From Paraspadella gotoi (lineage: Eukaryota > Animalia > Chaetognatha): a stretch of 64,000 bases of DNA. The stretch lies in the NCBI GenBank assembly GCA_051294375.1, contig CM119267.1, positions 239,409 through 303,408 on the forward strand. Direction: 5' to 3'. The notes below the pieces were generated by a model, which searched no databases, was not told the DNA's origin, and saw only the letters and a program-made list of their open reading frames with translations. Both the position numbers and the translations under genes were made by a program. Each line of letters opens with the position of its first letter. Positions within the stretch are counted from its first letter, which is position 1. Below are positions 26,581 through 39,848 of the stretch, piece by piece.

Positions 26581-26631
26581 TCTCTCTCTGTCTCACTCAC
26601 TCAGTGTCTCTCTCTCTCTCTCTCTCTTGAA

Positions 26632-28210
26632 ATGGCGACGGCGACTACAATGGTAGTCTTTTTCTTTCTCTCTATCTCTACGCGGGGTATGGGGCACGTG
26701 ACCCCCTTCCCAATCCGTCTCCAAAGGAAACGGAATTATTTACGGTATTGATTTTTAAATAATTTTTTTAAATGGAATTTAAAATAATCCAGTTTTTTTT
26801 TACATTTTTTTGGTTTTTAGAATTGTACAAAACTTCAGCAAAGTGCCGAAGAACCCGAAAAGTATAAAAGTTTTTTTTATTTAAAATATTATTACTCAAA
26901 AAATGTGGATTTTAATTTTTTTCCTTTTTCTCTTTTTTACCCTTTTCTCCTGTCCCCTTTTTTTATTAATGCTCGGTCGTGATTAGGGATTGTAATGGCG
27001 AGGTGCCACCATTTATCGGTGGAGGGCATAGCCCTGATTTTGTCTAGGATGTAAGTGTAATTATTTTTTTAATATAAAATGTTTTTTAAAATTAATTTAA
27101 ACATTTTTTCCTATCAGAATTCGTTACAACATGACGCTGCCGGGGATGACGCCACCAACCTTCGTCAGGCCCCGGCTGGCAGAGCTGATGGGGTGGTCGC
27201 TGCCCCCAATCCACAGCAGCAGCAGCAACAGCCACAGCAGCAACAACATCCACAGCAGCACCCACAACGGTGGCAGCAGTGGGAGCAGGAGTGGCAGCGA
27301 CAGCAGCACCAGCGATGGCAGCAGGTTGGAGGGCAAGATCTCCAACTTTTCAAATTTATTACTTTCTAGACATTTGATAGAAACAATACAATTACAGGAA
27401 CTGTACCTCCAATACTATCCACCGCACATGCATGAATATATCAGATCGTATCCAAACTTCCCGTATCAACTTTTCCAACCACAATCACAACAAACGCAAC
27501 CGCAACAGACTCAACCACAACCTCAACCACAACACAAATTATTCACACCACACCCAGACTCCCCAAAGAGAAATAAGGGGTTATATGCGGAGGTGGACGG
27601 CGTGGGTGGAAGAATTATTGGATGCAAGAGAGGGCGAACGGTTCGTACCTTTCGTCAATCTCACCTGTGAAATTAACGGAAACGTTACGAACCACATTCA
27701 AGTGGAGCAATACGCCCACTTGGATGCAGACTCGTGTCAGGGTCCTTCGACCTTGAAGGAGAACGACACCAATAACTCCCCCTCCGCGACGTCCAAGCAA
27801 AAGCGGAGACCATCTCAGGTTAAACATCAAAGTTAAAATTTTTTTTTTTTAATTTTTCTATAATAATTAAAATCGTTTTTTTCTCTCTCTTCAGAATTCC
27901 TCCGACTTCTCCGATCATATTCAGGGTGCGCGTTTTAAGCGCCAAATGACAGACGTCACGAGAGACGTGTAAAACCGCCCACGACGAGTGCGGCAGATTT
28001 CCTGTATGAACCCATAATATATAGAGAATTAAAAAACATTTTTTAGTTTTGTGTTTTCAATCGTTTTTATTTTTTTCTCAGATGGATCAAATTGCCAAGC
28101 AAGTGTGTCGGCGGGCAGGCAACCCCACCATAGACGATGACGCCGAAGGCGCCAATGACGCCGAAGACGCCATGGGCAACGGCGACGACAAAACAACACC
28201 AAAAAGTAAG
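26632..28210 (+). pseudogene. Multi-exon gene remnant, unknown product (Gln/Ser-rich)
   Basis: GC-richer blocks bounded by AG/GT at ~26821-26862, 27119-27832, 27895-28003 and 28082-28205, separated by AT-rich intron-like gaps. Confidence 0.4.
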
Positions 28211-28412
28211 TTCAAACATTATTATTGTTATATAATTATACCCAGTTTTATAAAATAAAAAAATGAAATACCAAAAAATGTTTTTTTTCTTATCATAAAA
28301 AAAACAAGATGAAAGTCTCTTTTCATTGTTTTTATTTTGTCTTCCTCTTCCTCGTTTTCACTTTTCTGTTATTTCATTTTTCTAAACTTAAAAATTTTTC
28401 ATAACCTTCAAC

Positions 28413-29580
28413 ATGGATTCAGACTCCGATTCCGCTTATGAATCCAATGACGAGATTCAAAATCCAATTCCCAATAACATAACCCGGGCAATAATTATTT
28501 TTAACCAAAGATCCTATATCGTGCGTCTAAACAATACAGCCTACCATTTTAAATTACTCGTCCCCTCAATCTATCATATTAACCTTCCACCCCACCTAGT
28601 CCATCTTAACCCTCATTTATTGCCTGTTAACATTGCTAACCAAATTCCCCTCCCAGTATACGCCGTTGTCGTCATCAACTCCGACGCCGTTGAGCACGTC
28701 AACCACTTCGGCGTCGCCAAGTTCGTCTACTACTACGTCAAGCGCTCCGGCGCCGTTAAGCACAACCGCTCCGGCGTCGCCAAGTTCATCTAGTACGTCA
28801 AGCGCTCCGGCGCCGTTGAGCACAACCGCTCCGGCGTCGCCAAGTTCATCTACTACAACGTCAAGGGCTCCGGCGCCGTTGAGCACAACCGCTCCGGCGT
28901 CGCCAAGTTCATCTACTACAGCGTCAAGGGCTTCGGCGCCTTCGTCTACTACAACGTCAAGGGCTCTGGCGCCGTTGAGCACAACCGCTCCGGCGCCGAG
29001 CTCTTTATCTAATCTAATCTAACGTGGTCAATCACTCCGGCGCCGTTGAGCACAAGCGCTCCGGCGCCATTGAGCACAACCGCTCCAGCGCCGAGCTCCT
29101 TATCTACATCCTCAGCACCCTCGGCGTCGTCCTTGAGGGTGCAAAAGGATAAAAGTACTCCGGTGACATCAAGGACCCGTTTTCCTTGAACAATGACGTC
29201 ACCAAAATCTTCCATCCCATCTCGTCCGGGCCGCCGACGTTTATGACGTCGCCAGTAAACAAAACAATCTCAATAACATCGACCCCGGCGACGTCATCAG
29301 CGTCAAAGGCGACCTCAAAGGCGAGTTCCTCCTCCTTCTCCTCATCTACCCCGTCCCCAGCGTCCAATTCTACTTCAAATTGGATAATAGTAACTCTTTG
29401 TCTAGGTAATTTGATGATTTTAATTGTTATTTTAAGTTTTATTATTATTATTTTTAAAATGGTAAAGAAAAATGTATAAGAAATAAAACAATTAAAATCA
29501 TCAAATATTGTAATTGAAGACGAAGACGAAGAAGAACCGGAGGAGATAGTTTCCCTACCCCTAGCGTCCCATAATAAAAA
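28413..29580 (+). pseudogene. Mucin-like single-pass membrane protein, frameshifted
   Basis: ~60-bp repeats encode SSAPAPLSTTAPASPSSSTT; then a hydrophobic segment WIIVTLCLGNLMILIVILSFIIIIF, basic KMVKK and acidic tail EDEDEEEPEE. Confidence 0.6.
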
Positions 29581-29584
29581 AATG

Positions 29585-32058
29585 ACTGAACTTGAAATTC
29601 ACGAAAGCCTAGTCCAAATATTCGGGGGGGAGGCAGCCCAACTTGCCAATTTTGTCCTTCGCTATCACGCTAAAATAATTGAAAACGATTATCCTCCTGA
29701 GGTTATCTTAGCTATGTTTATTAAATTTTACGTTGATGACTATTTAGATAGTGTTGACAATGTTAAAGTCGGTAAAAGAATGAAAAAATATCTAACCGAA
29801 GCTCTTAAATTGGGGGGGTTTGAATTGTTGAAGTGGAAGTCAGCTCACCCTGAAGTTTTACTTTTCCTGAGATGAATATCCAACGGAAAAACAGAACGGA
29901 AACCGGGTCCGACGAAATCTGATTTCGAGCGAGCAAAGCCAAAGTCACACATGATATTCTCAAGGTGAGGATTTAAATGATGATCTAAATTCTGTTTTGC
30001 GAAAATGCTTTGCCTGAAGACCCAAATTTAAATGAACATGATGATAAAATTTTAGGTGTCGGATATAATTTTTAAAAAGAGATATATTTTTCATTCTAGA
30101 ATAACTGAACGCGCTAAAATAGAAGCAAAAACCCATCGTCAAATGTTAAAAATTAGTAATAATATTTCAGAATGGCATCACGTTCCCGGTCACGAAAACC
30201 CAGCGGATCTTGCAAGTTCGTGGCATTGAAGCCAACGACACAGAAAATTAGAAACTATTTCACTTGGGCCCAGATTGGTTAAAATTGCCTGAAGCTGATT
30301 GCCAACAAACATACTCAATATCTCAGATATTTCTAACGTTAGTGAAAAACGAATCACAACCTCACCCAAAAAAGGCGGGAAAATATCGTCTTCTCATTCG
30401 TCACACTCTCCTACCAAACCTTGTGAAACCTCAAGCATCGCTGCAATACTTTCAATCCCGAATGACGCGACAAAGATGCAATCCGAAAATCTGGCTCCTG
30501 ATTGGCCCTCCGACCCCGCGACATTGGAAGAAGACATTTCCTCCTGCCCTGACCTGCAAGAAGAACTCATTACAGGTTGTGACTTTTATTGCGCAACAAC
30601 GAAAAATAATTCATCTTCTAATCCAAATTTAAATTCTTTACATTTTCACAGCATTTATTCTCCAGTTGAATTAATATATCTGGGAGCAACAAAAGAAATA
30701 TCCAACTTGGATGTTGAAATAAACTCCGAAATGAATTGGTGCTTAAAAATGACGGAAAAAGTTAAAAACTTTTCCTTAAAGCTTAATGTTTTTTGAAGCA
30801 ATTATTCAATTTTCAAATTATTTGAAACAAACGGAATAACCCCCCACTTAAATATAAAATAAAATTAACAGCTGAAAACTTAAAATCAGCCAAACTTAAA
30901 TTAATTAAATCTGTTCAATTAAAACATTTTTCAATAGAAATGATGGAACTCTTGAAACTTGGAGTCTTTTCTCCTTACTCCCACATGAATTAAGAACAAG
31001 AAATTCTAATATTGTTTCTTAAACCCATTTCTTGACAAATTTGGCTGTTTAAGAACAGGAGGAAGACTAAGAAATTGTAATACTCTTGATTATGAATCTA
31101 AATTCCCCCTCATACTTCCTAAAAAGGATGAAGTTGTACAATCTTTAATACGTTAGGAACATTTATCATTATTTCATACTGGCACTGCAGCCACCTTTCA
31201 TTCTTTAAAAAAAGAATTTTCTCTTTTGAGGACGATCCTGTTGTGGACAATGTTATTCATAAATGTCTTATCTGTCAAAAGACATTTAAGAAGCCACAAT
31301 TCCAAAAGATGGCTGATTATCCATCGTCGCGACTTGATCCGACTATTCCTTTCTACACTAGCGACCTGGACGTGTTTGGACCGTACAAAGTAAAACACGC
31401 AGGTAGAGGCTACAATTCATAATATATTTTACTCTTTACATGTTTTACAACGAGGGCTATTGCATTTGAAATTTTACGTGATATGTCCACGCCCGCTGTA
31501 ATCAATGCTATCTGGGAACGCGCCGTAGGAATGACAAAAAAGCATCTCAAAGCAGTTTTACCAAGTGAGTTAGATATTGATACATTTTCTACTATCTTGG
31601 CCGAAATATCAGGCATTCTTAATCGCCGTCCTCTCACTTATGTTTCAAATGATAATGAACCAGAGGTTCTTTCTCCTTTAAACCTATTATACCCCTATTT
31701 ACATACTTCATCTGCAGTTAGTATAATTCCTTATTCCCCTTCTGAAGGTGACAAACTACGTGCCTCTTGGAAATGCGTAAAGGAAATCATTGAAAATTTC
31801 TGGCGTCGCTGGTCGTCCGAATACATAACTTCATTGCAGAAGCGATGCAAATGGTTTTCTTCTCAAGACTCCTTATACCCTGGACGCGTTGTACTTCTTA
31901 TGGACCCCATTATGCCTCGCGAGGGTTGGAAATTAGGTGTTATAACAGAGGTCTGGGGCGATGGACCTCACCCGCGGGAAGCAACCGTAAGACTTGCTAG
32001 CAAAAAAACTTTATGCCGTCACCTAAAATCACTAATTCCTCTGGAACTTGATCCATAA
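29585..32058 (+). mobile_element. pol: BEL/Pao LTR-retrotransposon pol remnant (RT, RNase H, integrase, DUF5641-like tail)
   Basis: RT QIFGG..ANFVLR..FYVDDYLDS..GGFELLKWKS; RNase H WHHVPGHENPADLAS..GPDWL; integrase zinc region LRTGGRL..FPLILP..H..H..CLIC; core DVFGP..FTCFTTRAIAFE and WERAVG..EISGILNRRPL; tail FWRRWSSEYITSLQKRCKW..WKLG. Internal deletions and stops. Confidence 0.92.
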
Positions 32059-33330
32059 TTCCTGTTTCAAATCCCTCATTGTTAATGTAGTAGTTGATAA
32101 TTTAATTTATTGCATGCTTTTACTTATATACAGATATTCCAGGGTATTATATTTCAAAATTTCTAGCTACAAAAGGCAAGAGTACGTTGTTGATGAGTCT
32201 GAAGTTCCGCTTGTTATTTGGAAAAAGAATCCGACGACCATTTCCAAATCAACCAGGGCTACACCAAAGGCTCCCCCTGTCAAACCTATTTTCAAGCTTC
32301 CTCAAACAAGTTCTCCCATACCGGCGCCGAACATTTTGATGCCGCCATTAACTCCGGTTTTCTCTTCAACATGCGCTCCGCATTTCCCGATATCCTCATC
32401 TCTGGTATTCGTCGTCCCTCGTCTTAGATGGAATTTTGATGCGGTTTACCATAATGCTTCTATACAAACAAACGCAAACAGATCTCCTGAGGTGAGATTC
32501 AAAATTGCCTTCAATCATTGACAACTTAAGTCCAATTCTTTTTTTTTTAACTAAGCCTGACGCACAAACATTTTCCTACAATCACATTGATTGAAAACCT
32601 AGCTCTGGCAAAAGAGTAACTTTTGAAGCCAACGTCAGAACATGCACATGCGAGAAGCAAGTGTATGAGCGGAACTATGATCTGCGCGAAAGGAACGTCG
32701 CGGATCAATTTGGCGATAAACCAGGTTATCTATCCTTAAATAAATTATTTCTCTTAACTGAATAAAATTTAAACAAAGTAATCTTGTCCCAGAGAAAAGT
32801 GTGCATGAGAGACGCCGCGAAGAAAAAGGCTTTGCAAATGCGACGCCAGACCGATCCAGCGATGTCGAGAGGCTCGTCGGCGGAAGATCATCTATCAATC
32901 GTCACGGGCGCGAATCTTTTGGACAAGAAAGATGCCCTTCTCCCGTCACGCGTTTCGGAAGAGGACGCGCAGCTTCCCGCAAGGACTAATGTATAAAAAC
33001 TGAATGTTTACATTTTTCAGTTATTTCTGAACATCTTTCCTCTACAAAACCATTTCCAGGCTCAAATTTTCATTCAACAAAGCACAGACAGTGCCACTTT
33101 ATTATTTGATTGTTTTTCACGACTCAACCATGAAGTTCAACTTTAAATTTCATTGTTCTGCATCATTACCGCGGTGCTTAAAATTTTCCTTATGACAGCA
33201 AAATTTTTTTTGCTTTAATTTCGCTGATAGCATTATAAAGTCAGCTACTCGCCGTTCATTCGAATCTATCTGACCTGTGATACATTTTCATTAAATTCTT
33301 CCAGTTCTTTAATCCTATAATAAATACACA

Positions 33331-34663
33331 ATGGATGACATTGATATGATCGAGTGTTTAGACTATATTTGGCAAAACGAAGAGCCACTCATAATCGATG
33401 AGTTGCTAAAATCTCCCGAATCTCCTGACGCCGAAACTTTTGAGGATCCTGTAAAGCTTGGCCTCAATGTCAACACAAACGTCCGAGACCCATGGATAAT
33501 TGGAGATGAAAATATTCTCTCTCGCAATGAAGGGGCCGTGCTGGTAGATGCGATGTCACCCACAAACATATTCCCCGACACGTCTTCTTTAGCAATGCCA
33601 CCCGCCGCAGCGATGACCCCTGAAAAGACACCTCTACTACCAGAGACCAAAGATCACATCATGCAAGAAGTCTTCTGCTCAGAGACGTCGGTGAAGTCTG
33701 CCCACAAATACAACTGCACACCAACAAGAATCACGATGGTCGCAACAGAGGCTTCAGATTTCCCTTCAAAATTGCAATAGAAGATGATTCAATCCCATTA
33801 ATTGTCGGAACACCAGATGAGATCTATTTCAAACCGGGTGTACAGTTTTCTCCTGCTCAGAAAAAAATTGGACGCGCGGCTTATCGAGGTTAGAAAAAAG
33901 TCGCACTCAAACACGGAATGTCTCCGGACGAATTTGATAAGTTTGTTTGACACATTCGGGTGGAAGAAGGGCGAAACAACGCCTAGGTTCAAGAAAACCG
34001 TCGCAAATCCAGCACTTCCCGATGGGTCCGCCAACCTCGTCTCGCTACGTACCGCACCCAGGATCCAAAAAGAATCAAAGCAACATAATAACAAAAGATA
34101 TCGTCAATCAAATTTCCGTTGAGAATCGTGCTCACATGGAAATCGGAAAATATGGAGAGCAAAGAGACTCAATGAGAATAGAGAACGAAAACCTAAGAAA
34201 AGAAAAGAAAGAGCTTGAAGTTTCACTCTGGAAGAAAAATGAAAAAGAGAAGGTAAAGCTTTTAAAAGAACACGAATACGAAAGGAATAAGCTAAATTTG
34301 AAACATGAGCAAGAGATGACGGAATTGAGGAAGAAACTTGAACAAGCGAATGAAATCGCAAAAAAATCGCCACTGAAATCCTACTCAACGCGACGCGAGA
34401 CAGCACCACCAACTCGGTTAATCCCCCCAAACCCAATGGAGCCTCTTTCACCAAGCCTCACAAACCAGTTGCTGACATCAATGCACACAAATGCGACTGG
34501 ATACGGTGAAATCCTTCCCAGCAACAACGTTCCACCTCTTTTCAACCCGATGCGGGGAGCTCGGGAGAAAGCCTGCCGGATGTACGGGCAACGTGAACAA
34601 TTTATTTCTTTCAAACTGCTCCAATGGCAGGAAGTTTTAATGATGTTTCCTGGGTTTGCCTGA
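33331..34663 (+). pseudogene. Broken ORF chain (acidic, then coiled-coil), unknown product
   Basis: ORFs 33331-33780, 33802-34122 and 33947-34663 abut or overlap on the same strand; coiled-coil-like ENENLRKEKKELEVSL. Confidence 0.4.
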
Positions 34664-35238
34664 ATTGTTCCTTTTGAATTTTATAAAATATTTTTACGCG
34701 ACCTCGGTTGCATGATTTAATTCTATGACGTCATCAGCATCAATTTTTTTATCTTGGACAAGTGTGAATCTCACACGCAAAAGGTATCTTTGCCACTCGG
34801 GCAATGAATTATATTTGTTAATTCTCACGTTTACCCTTTGCTTCTAATTAAAAAATGTTACCAAATAAAAATTGAATAAGACACCCGAGTCTTCCTTAAT
34901 ATATTCTTGTGAAATTATAATTTAATCGAATCTTCAACGAGTGAATACAAATTGTCAGCATCAACTTGTTTGGATAGTACTGTAAAGCTTCAAAAAGAAC
35001 CCAACAAAAAATTCCAGTAGTTCCAGATGCAGACCTCAGTTGCTGAGTCAAGATTCCGGACAAATGCGTACCTATGAAGTGAAATAGCTAGCTGTTAGTT
35101 AAGATGTTCACTGGTCTAGTTAGTCAGCTGATAAATAAATATTGATACTGTGCTATTATTTTTACTGTTGCAAATTATTTATTTCGGGAAGCCCCTCAGA
35201 AGGTTTCACTAGATAATTTGAGGGTCGAATGGGCGGGG

Positions 35239-35708
35239 TGTTAAAAACCTTTTACGGCGCTTCCCAAAACCTCATTAACGATGTTAAGTTATTGGTATTA
35301 TTCTCAATTTCCCCTCAATCTCCTCTACGTTATAAATATGATTCTCAAAATTCCTCCGCGCTCCTTCGATCGCGCCTCGCGTGCCTCTTCCTCTTCTTCC
35401 TCCTTTCCTCCGCGGACGCTGCTCGTGCCTCCATGGCATTCAGTTTTCTGCTTTCCTCTCGATCGCACCTCCGTTCCTCTGATTATTATTTTTAGTGTTT
35501 ATTGGTTACCTTAGAGATCCGAGGGTCATACAAGTAGGTTATTAAATAGTAAGTATTTAATCGAATTCTTACTGTTTATATTAAATAGCTTAGCTAATTG
35601 TTATAAATTGCTCGATTGCTAGTTATTGATTTAATCGTTTTTCCTTCAGGCTTTTCAACCTACTCCTCGCTTTTTTGTACTTTTACTCTACTACATTAAT
35701 ACAATACA
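35239..35708 (+). mobile_element. Putative 3' LTR of the BEL/Pao element
   Basis: Purine tract gggcgggg is immediately followed by TGTT; possible end ...aatacaataca. No partner LTR in the window, so the boundary is uncertain. Confidence 0.35.
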
Positions 35709-36383
35709 ATGGTTAAAAGCATTCCCTCGACTTCATTCCCTTAGATATTATTCACTTAGCACTCGAAAAGTCTCCACCTCACGGTATTTTCGTGACAGTA
35801 TTTGTAAGTATGTCATTCTCTTTAGAGTTGAAAGGGCTTTCAGAAGATAATAATATTAATATTATTTTATTTCAAATTTCTTCAGAAAACTTCCTGAAAG
35901 TAAGAGAAAAAAATTGAATCTATAAAAAGTGAGTTGGAAAATGAAACCCAATTTTACAAGCTAACTTTCTTCACTCATTGTCAAGGCATATCTTAACTGA
36001 TCAATATAAAATTTGAACACATAAATGACTTTAATAGTTTCTACTCAACTAATTTTTAAAATCAATGAAATAACCACTGGTTTGCAAATGACAGCGTATT
36101 TCTACCGGCGCTTGTAAAATTGTCACCATGTAAATGAAAAGCAAACAAAATGCAAACGCAAATGAAAAGCTTGCAAAATGTATAACCAATTAGAGAGCGG
36201 AAAAATTGAAAGAGTTAAAATTTTTTCACGTGTCAGTATTTAAACGCTTGTAAATTTATTTTTTTATTCATTTCAATAGAATCTCTTTTATGCGCTAAAA
36301 GAAATTTATGGTAAAAAAAAAACAAAAAAGCCAAATGCTCTCTTTATTGCTTAACTTTTAAATTTTTAAATTAATAAACTGTT

Positions 36384-37049
36384 TTGTATCAGCCAAATGG
36401 TATGGGTGAACCGCCAAAGGGAGATGAATCTTCTGGTCAAAATGGGGAGTCATCTGTACATCAAGGTATTAGTGGTATGCCTGATGCATCACCTCATGCC
36501 ACGACTAGTAAAAAAGCTAAGGGAAAACGTATCAAACGTCGGCTGGATATGGAATCAGACGACTCTAGCGCCGAATCTTCCGCTCCGCCAGACTCGCCAC
36601 CAAAACCGTCGTCTACGTCATCAGACTATCCCGCCCTCTCTCCGCCACTGAGAGGGAAGGTGAAAGGAAACGAAGCTTCAATTTCTGTTCTGTGCCTTAA
36701 GGTCATGTCTTTGGAAAAGACGATCGCCAACTTGAAACCCAGCGCCTTTTTGTCGGAGGGGAATCAAGGCTACCGTCAATACAAAACCTAGACAGACATC
36801 GTTGCGGCGATTATATCGGCGGTGAGGATGGGCGGGAGAGAAGTAGGCGTCTCTTGTAAATTCATACAAGAGCACGCTGCGGCGCAACTCGGTATGAACT
36901 CAACGGCCGTTTACAAGCGAAAAAAGATCAACGTCATCCTAGCCGGACTTGTAGCCGAAGGATGCCCATCTGTAAACGCCATCATGGGGCTCTACATGGA
37001 AAGCGTTGGTCTAAAAGCGTCTATGCGCGATGGAGTTGACGGAGTCTAA
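36384..37049 (+). pseudogene. Protein with C-terminal linker-histone H1/H5 (H15)-like winged-helix domain; one in-frame stop
   Basis: ORFs 36384-36791 and 36822-37049 are in the same frame, split by TAG at 36789. YKT*TDIVAAIISAVRMGGREVGVSCKFIQEH...KKINVILAGLVAEG resembles H15 Y.DMIVAAI.AL.ER.GSS..AIKKYI...IK.ALK.LVA.G. Confidence 0.55.
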
Positions 37050-37563
37050 ATAAAAAAAAGAATTATAAAAAATAACTATTATTTGTCATTACTTTTTAAA
37101 TATCATTTTAAATGTCATGTTAGTCATTAATATTGAAGTAATAAAGCATATTTATTTTTGGTTTTAGTTCTTTTATTATTTTTTTTGTGTGGTTTTAAAT
37201 AATTTGTTAGTGATTTTAAATTAATACTAATCAATAACTTTATTTATTTTTTTTTTAACTATTATTTGTCGTTATTTTTTAATATTATTTTAGAGAAAAA
37301 CAAAGTTTATCTGTTTATATACAACAATTTTTTATTTTTTTTACATAGGACAAATAAACTTTGTCTTTCTCTAAATCAATAAAAACAACGAAACGAAAGG
37401 AAATTAACAAAATATTATTTTCAAAATTATGTTAGTAATTAATTTTAAAATTAAAAAGCATATTTATAATTTGTGTTTATTTCTTTTATTTTTTCATATG
37501 GTTTTTAAATAATTTGTTAGTTATTTTAAATTAATACTAATCAATAAATATTTTTATGTTCAG

Positions 37564-38633
37564 ATTAATTTGCGAAGATGTATCAGCCAGCCAACCAACG
37601 GACAACCAATCACCGCTTTTAAATGCTTACGAAGCATCGAGACAAAACTAGATAAGGTGTTGGGGGCCCTATTGCCCCCAACATCTATGGAATCTAACTG
37701 TGCGACGCCGTGTCATGACGATGCATTTGGTGGTCGAGTTCAATATCAGCCGCCATCCATCAGCACATTCTTTGCGGTCCCAACGTCGCAACCATTGTAT
37801 CCAACGACGCAGCCCTACCCAACAACGCAAGGAAAACTCATTCTTTGCGGTCCCAACGTCGCAATCTTACCCAACGACGTAGCCCTACCCAACGATGCAA
37901 AGAAACAACTCGTTCTTTGCCGTCCCAACGTCGCAACCATCGTACCCAACGACGCAAGAAAGCAATGCCACCATGTTAGCCTTATCAACTTCTCAGCCAT
38001 TGCCTTACCCAGCGAAGCAAGTAAACAACACATATTGGCTGGGCGAAAACGCCATCTGAGTTGAGACAACATCTATTCCCTCTATCGAGATGGGACAACA
38101 GTATAGCGGACTAGACGAAGTAGATAGGAGGGTGAGCCAATTGGTTCAAAATCGTGAGCCGCCACCCTACCCAACTCAAGGAAACTGCCTGGGCGAAAAT
38201 TATGGAGGAGATGAACACAGCAAATCTCAGGACGGTGACAAAGGTGAAACTGCTAAAAGATGTGGGGCTGGCGAAGGAGGTAATTTGATAAGGGGTAGGA
38301 GGCACAATTGCTCCAGAAAAGAGCAATTGAGCTAAATGACAAACTAGTAAAACTTAAGGGAATTAGAACCAAAAACTGTTTCCCTGTCGAATCCTCCACC
38401 AGACAGTGTGTAGGTATTACTTCGAAAGTAAAAAGGTGTTGGCTGTTGCTTGGCCAACTATCTTCCAAATGGTGCGATTCAGCCTTCTGAGTAAAAAATC
38501 GTGCAAGACCGCCAAAGACGCAATTGACAAGGCGGAAGGCCTTTTTCAGCACATGGAAGACATCATCGACGCCAAAAAACATTTAAAATGTGTGGCTAAT
38601 CAAAGGTGTGTTTTTTTTGCACCAAAAAAATGA
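37564..38633 (+). pseudogene. Degraded coding-like segment with internal ~60-bp repeats, unknown product
   Basis: Follows a cag acceptor at 37563; repeated ttctttgcggtcccaacgtcgcaacc; several broken ORFs. Confidence 0.35.
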
Positions 38634-39848
38634 ATTGCACCATGCGTTGTGTGTTATTAAATGTTTCATTTCATGTAAAGTCTAAAATAAATAAGCAGAT
38701 GATTATTTTTCGTTTTAATATAAACTTTAGTTTAATTTGTTTGATATCTGTATTTAACCTGTTTGTATACATCAATTGTTAGTATTATCACTTTTGAATT
38801 GTTAAAAATTTTTTATGCTTTTTTAATACTCTTTATATACTCTTTATTAAATACATCTAGGTAAGTTATTAAAATTTCATATTAACTAAACGGTTTTTGC
38901 TCGAGAAGGTTTTTTTTTCTTTCTTCTTTAAAAATATTTTTTATTATGATGAGAAATTTTTTTTTGTAGAAATAAAAATGCACATAAATCGAAAAAATTT
39001 TAAAAAACGACGATGACGACAACAAAGAAAAAGAACGACATTTCAAAAAAGTAAAGAAAAAAATTGAGAATAAATGAGAAGGCGCCGCCGACCGTTGGGA
39101 CAGCTTCCCGTTTCAAAACAGGACTCCCTCCCTTAAAAATTTCTAACAATCAGGAGCCAAGGTCTCGATTTCCCTTTCGAGAGAGGACCCCCTCCCTTAA
39201 AATCTCTACCAATCGCGAGTCAAAGTCCTGAGGCCACTGAGAAATTTTTAACCAATCGGAGATGAGGAAAAATTTAATTTTCTGTTAAAGCACGTGGGCA
39301 GGTGCATAGAAATAAAAATTCACAAACCTATTATTACGTTTTAAATACTTATGTTTTTCAGGCAATTTGTCTTTTATCTTTATTTAGTTTGAGTTTTTCA
39401 TAATTTGTCTATTAGGTCACAAAAAAAAATTGTCCACAATAGATGTAACCTGCAATCTCATTATGGGGGCATTTAATTATTTTAATTATTATTTTATTCA
39501 ATTTTTTTTTTTCGCCCCGTTTCCCTCTCTGACAATCTTTGTCTTTAAGTGTTATTTTTTACTTTTTTTATGTTTCAATGTTCCTCTCACTATTAATCAT
39601 TTTTTTTACAATTTAGGTGTTGAAGGGTTTAAAGTTACCAATAAAAAAAATTAACCTTTTTCGTGGGGCGCTGATAACTCTTTTTTTCTAGAGTCTGTTC
39701 AAGTTTTGAATCCTCATTCTCATTCTCTCTAGTAAAACCGTTTTATTTTCTTCGTCTCTTTTATTTCATTTTTTTTTCGCGCGTTTCTGTTGCGGTTTTA
39801 TTTTAAATATTAACATTGATTACAAAATTTTACTTTTATTTTTATAAG

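Noticed and set aside
27165-27353. Metallothionein-like Cys-rich ORF
   Set aside because: Antisense reading of a CAG/CAA repeat.
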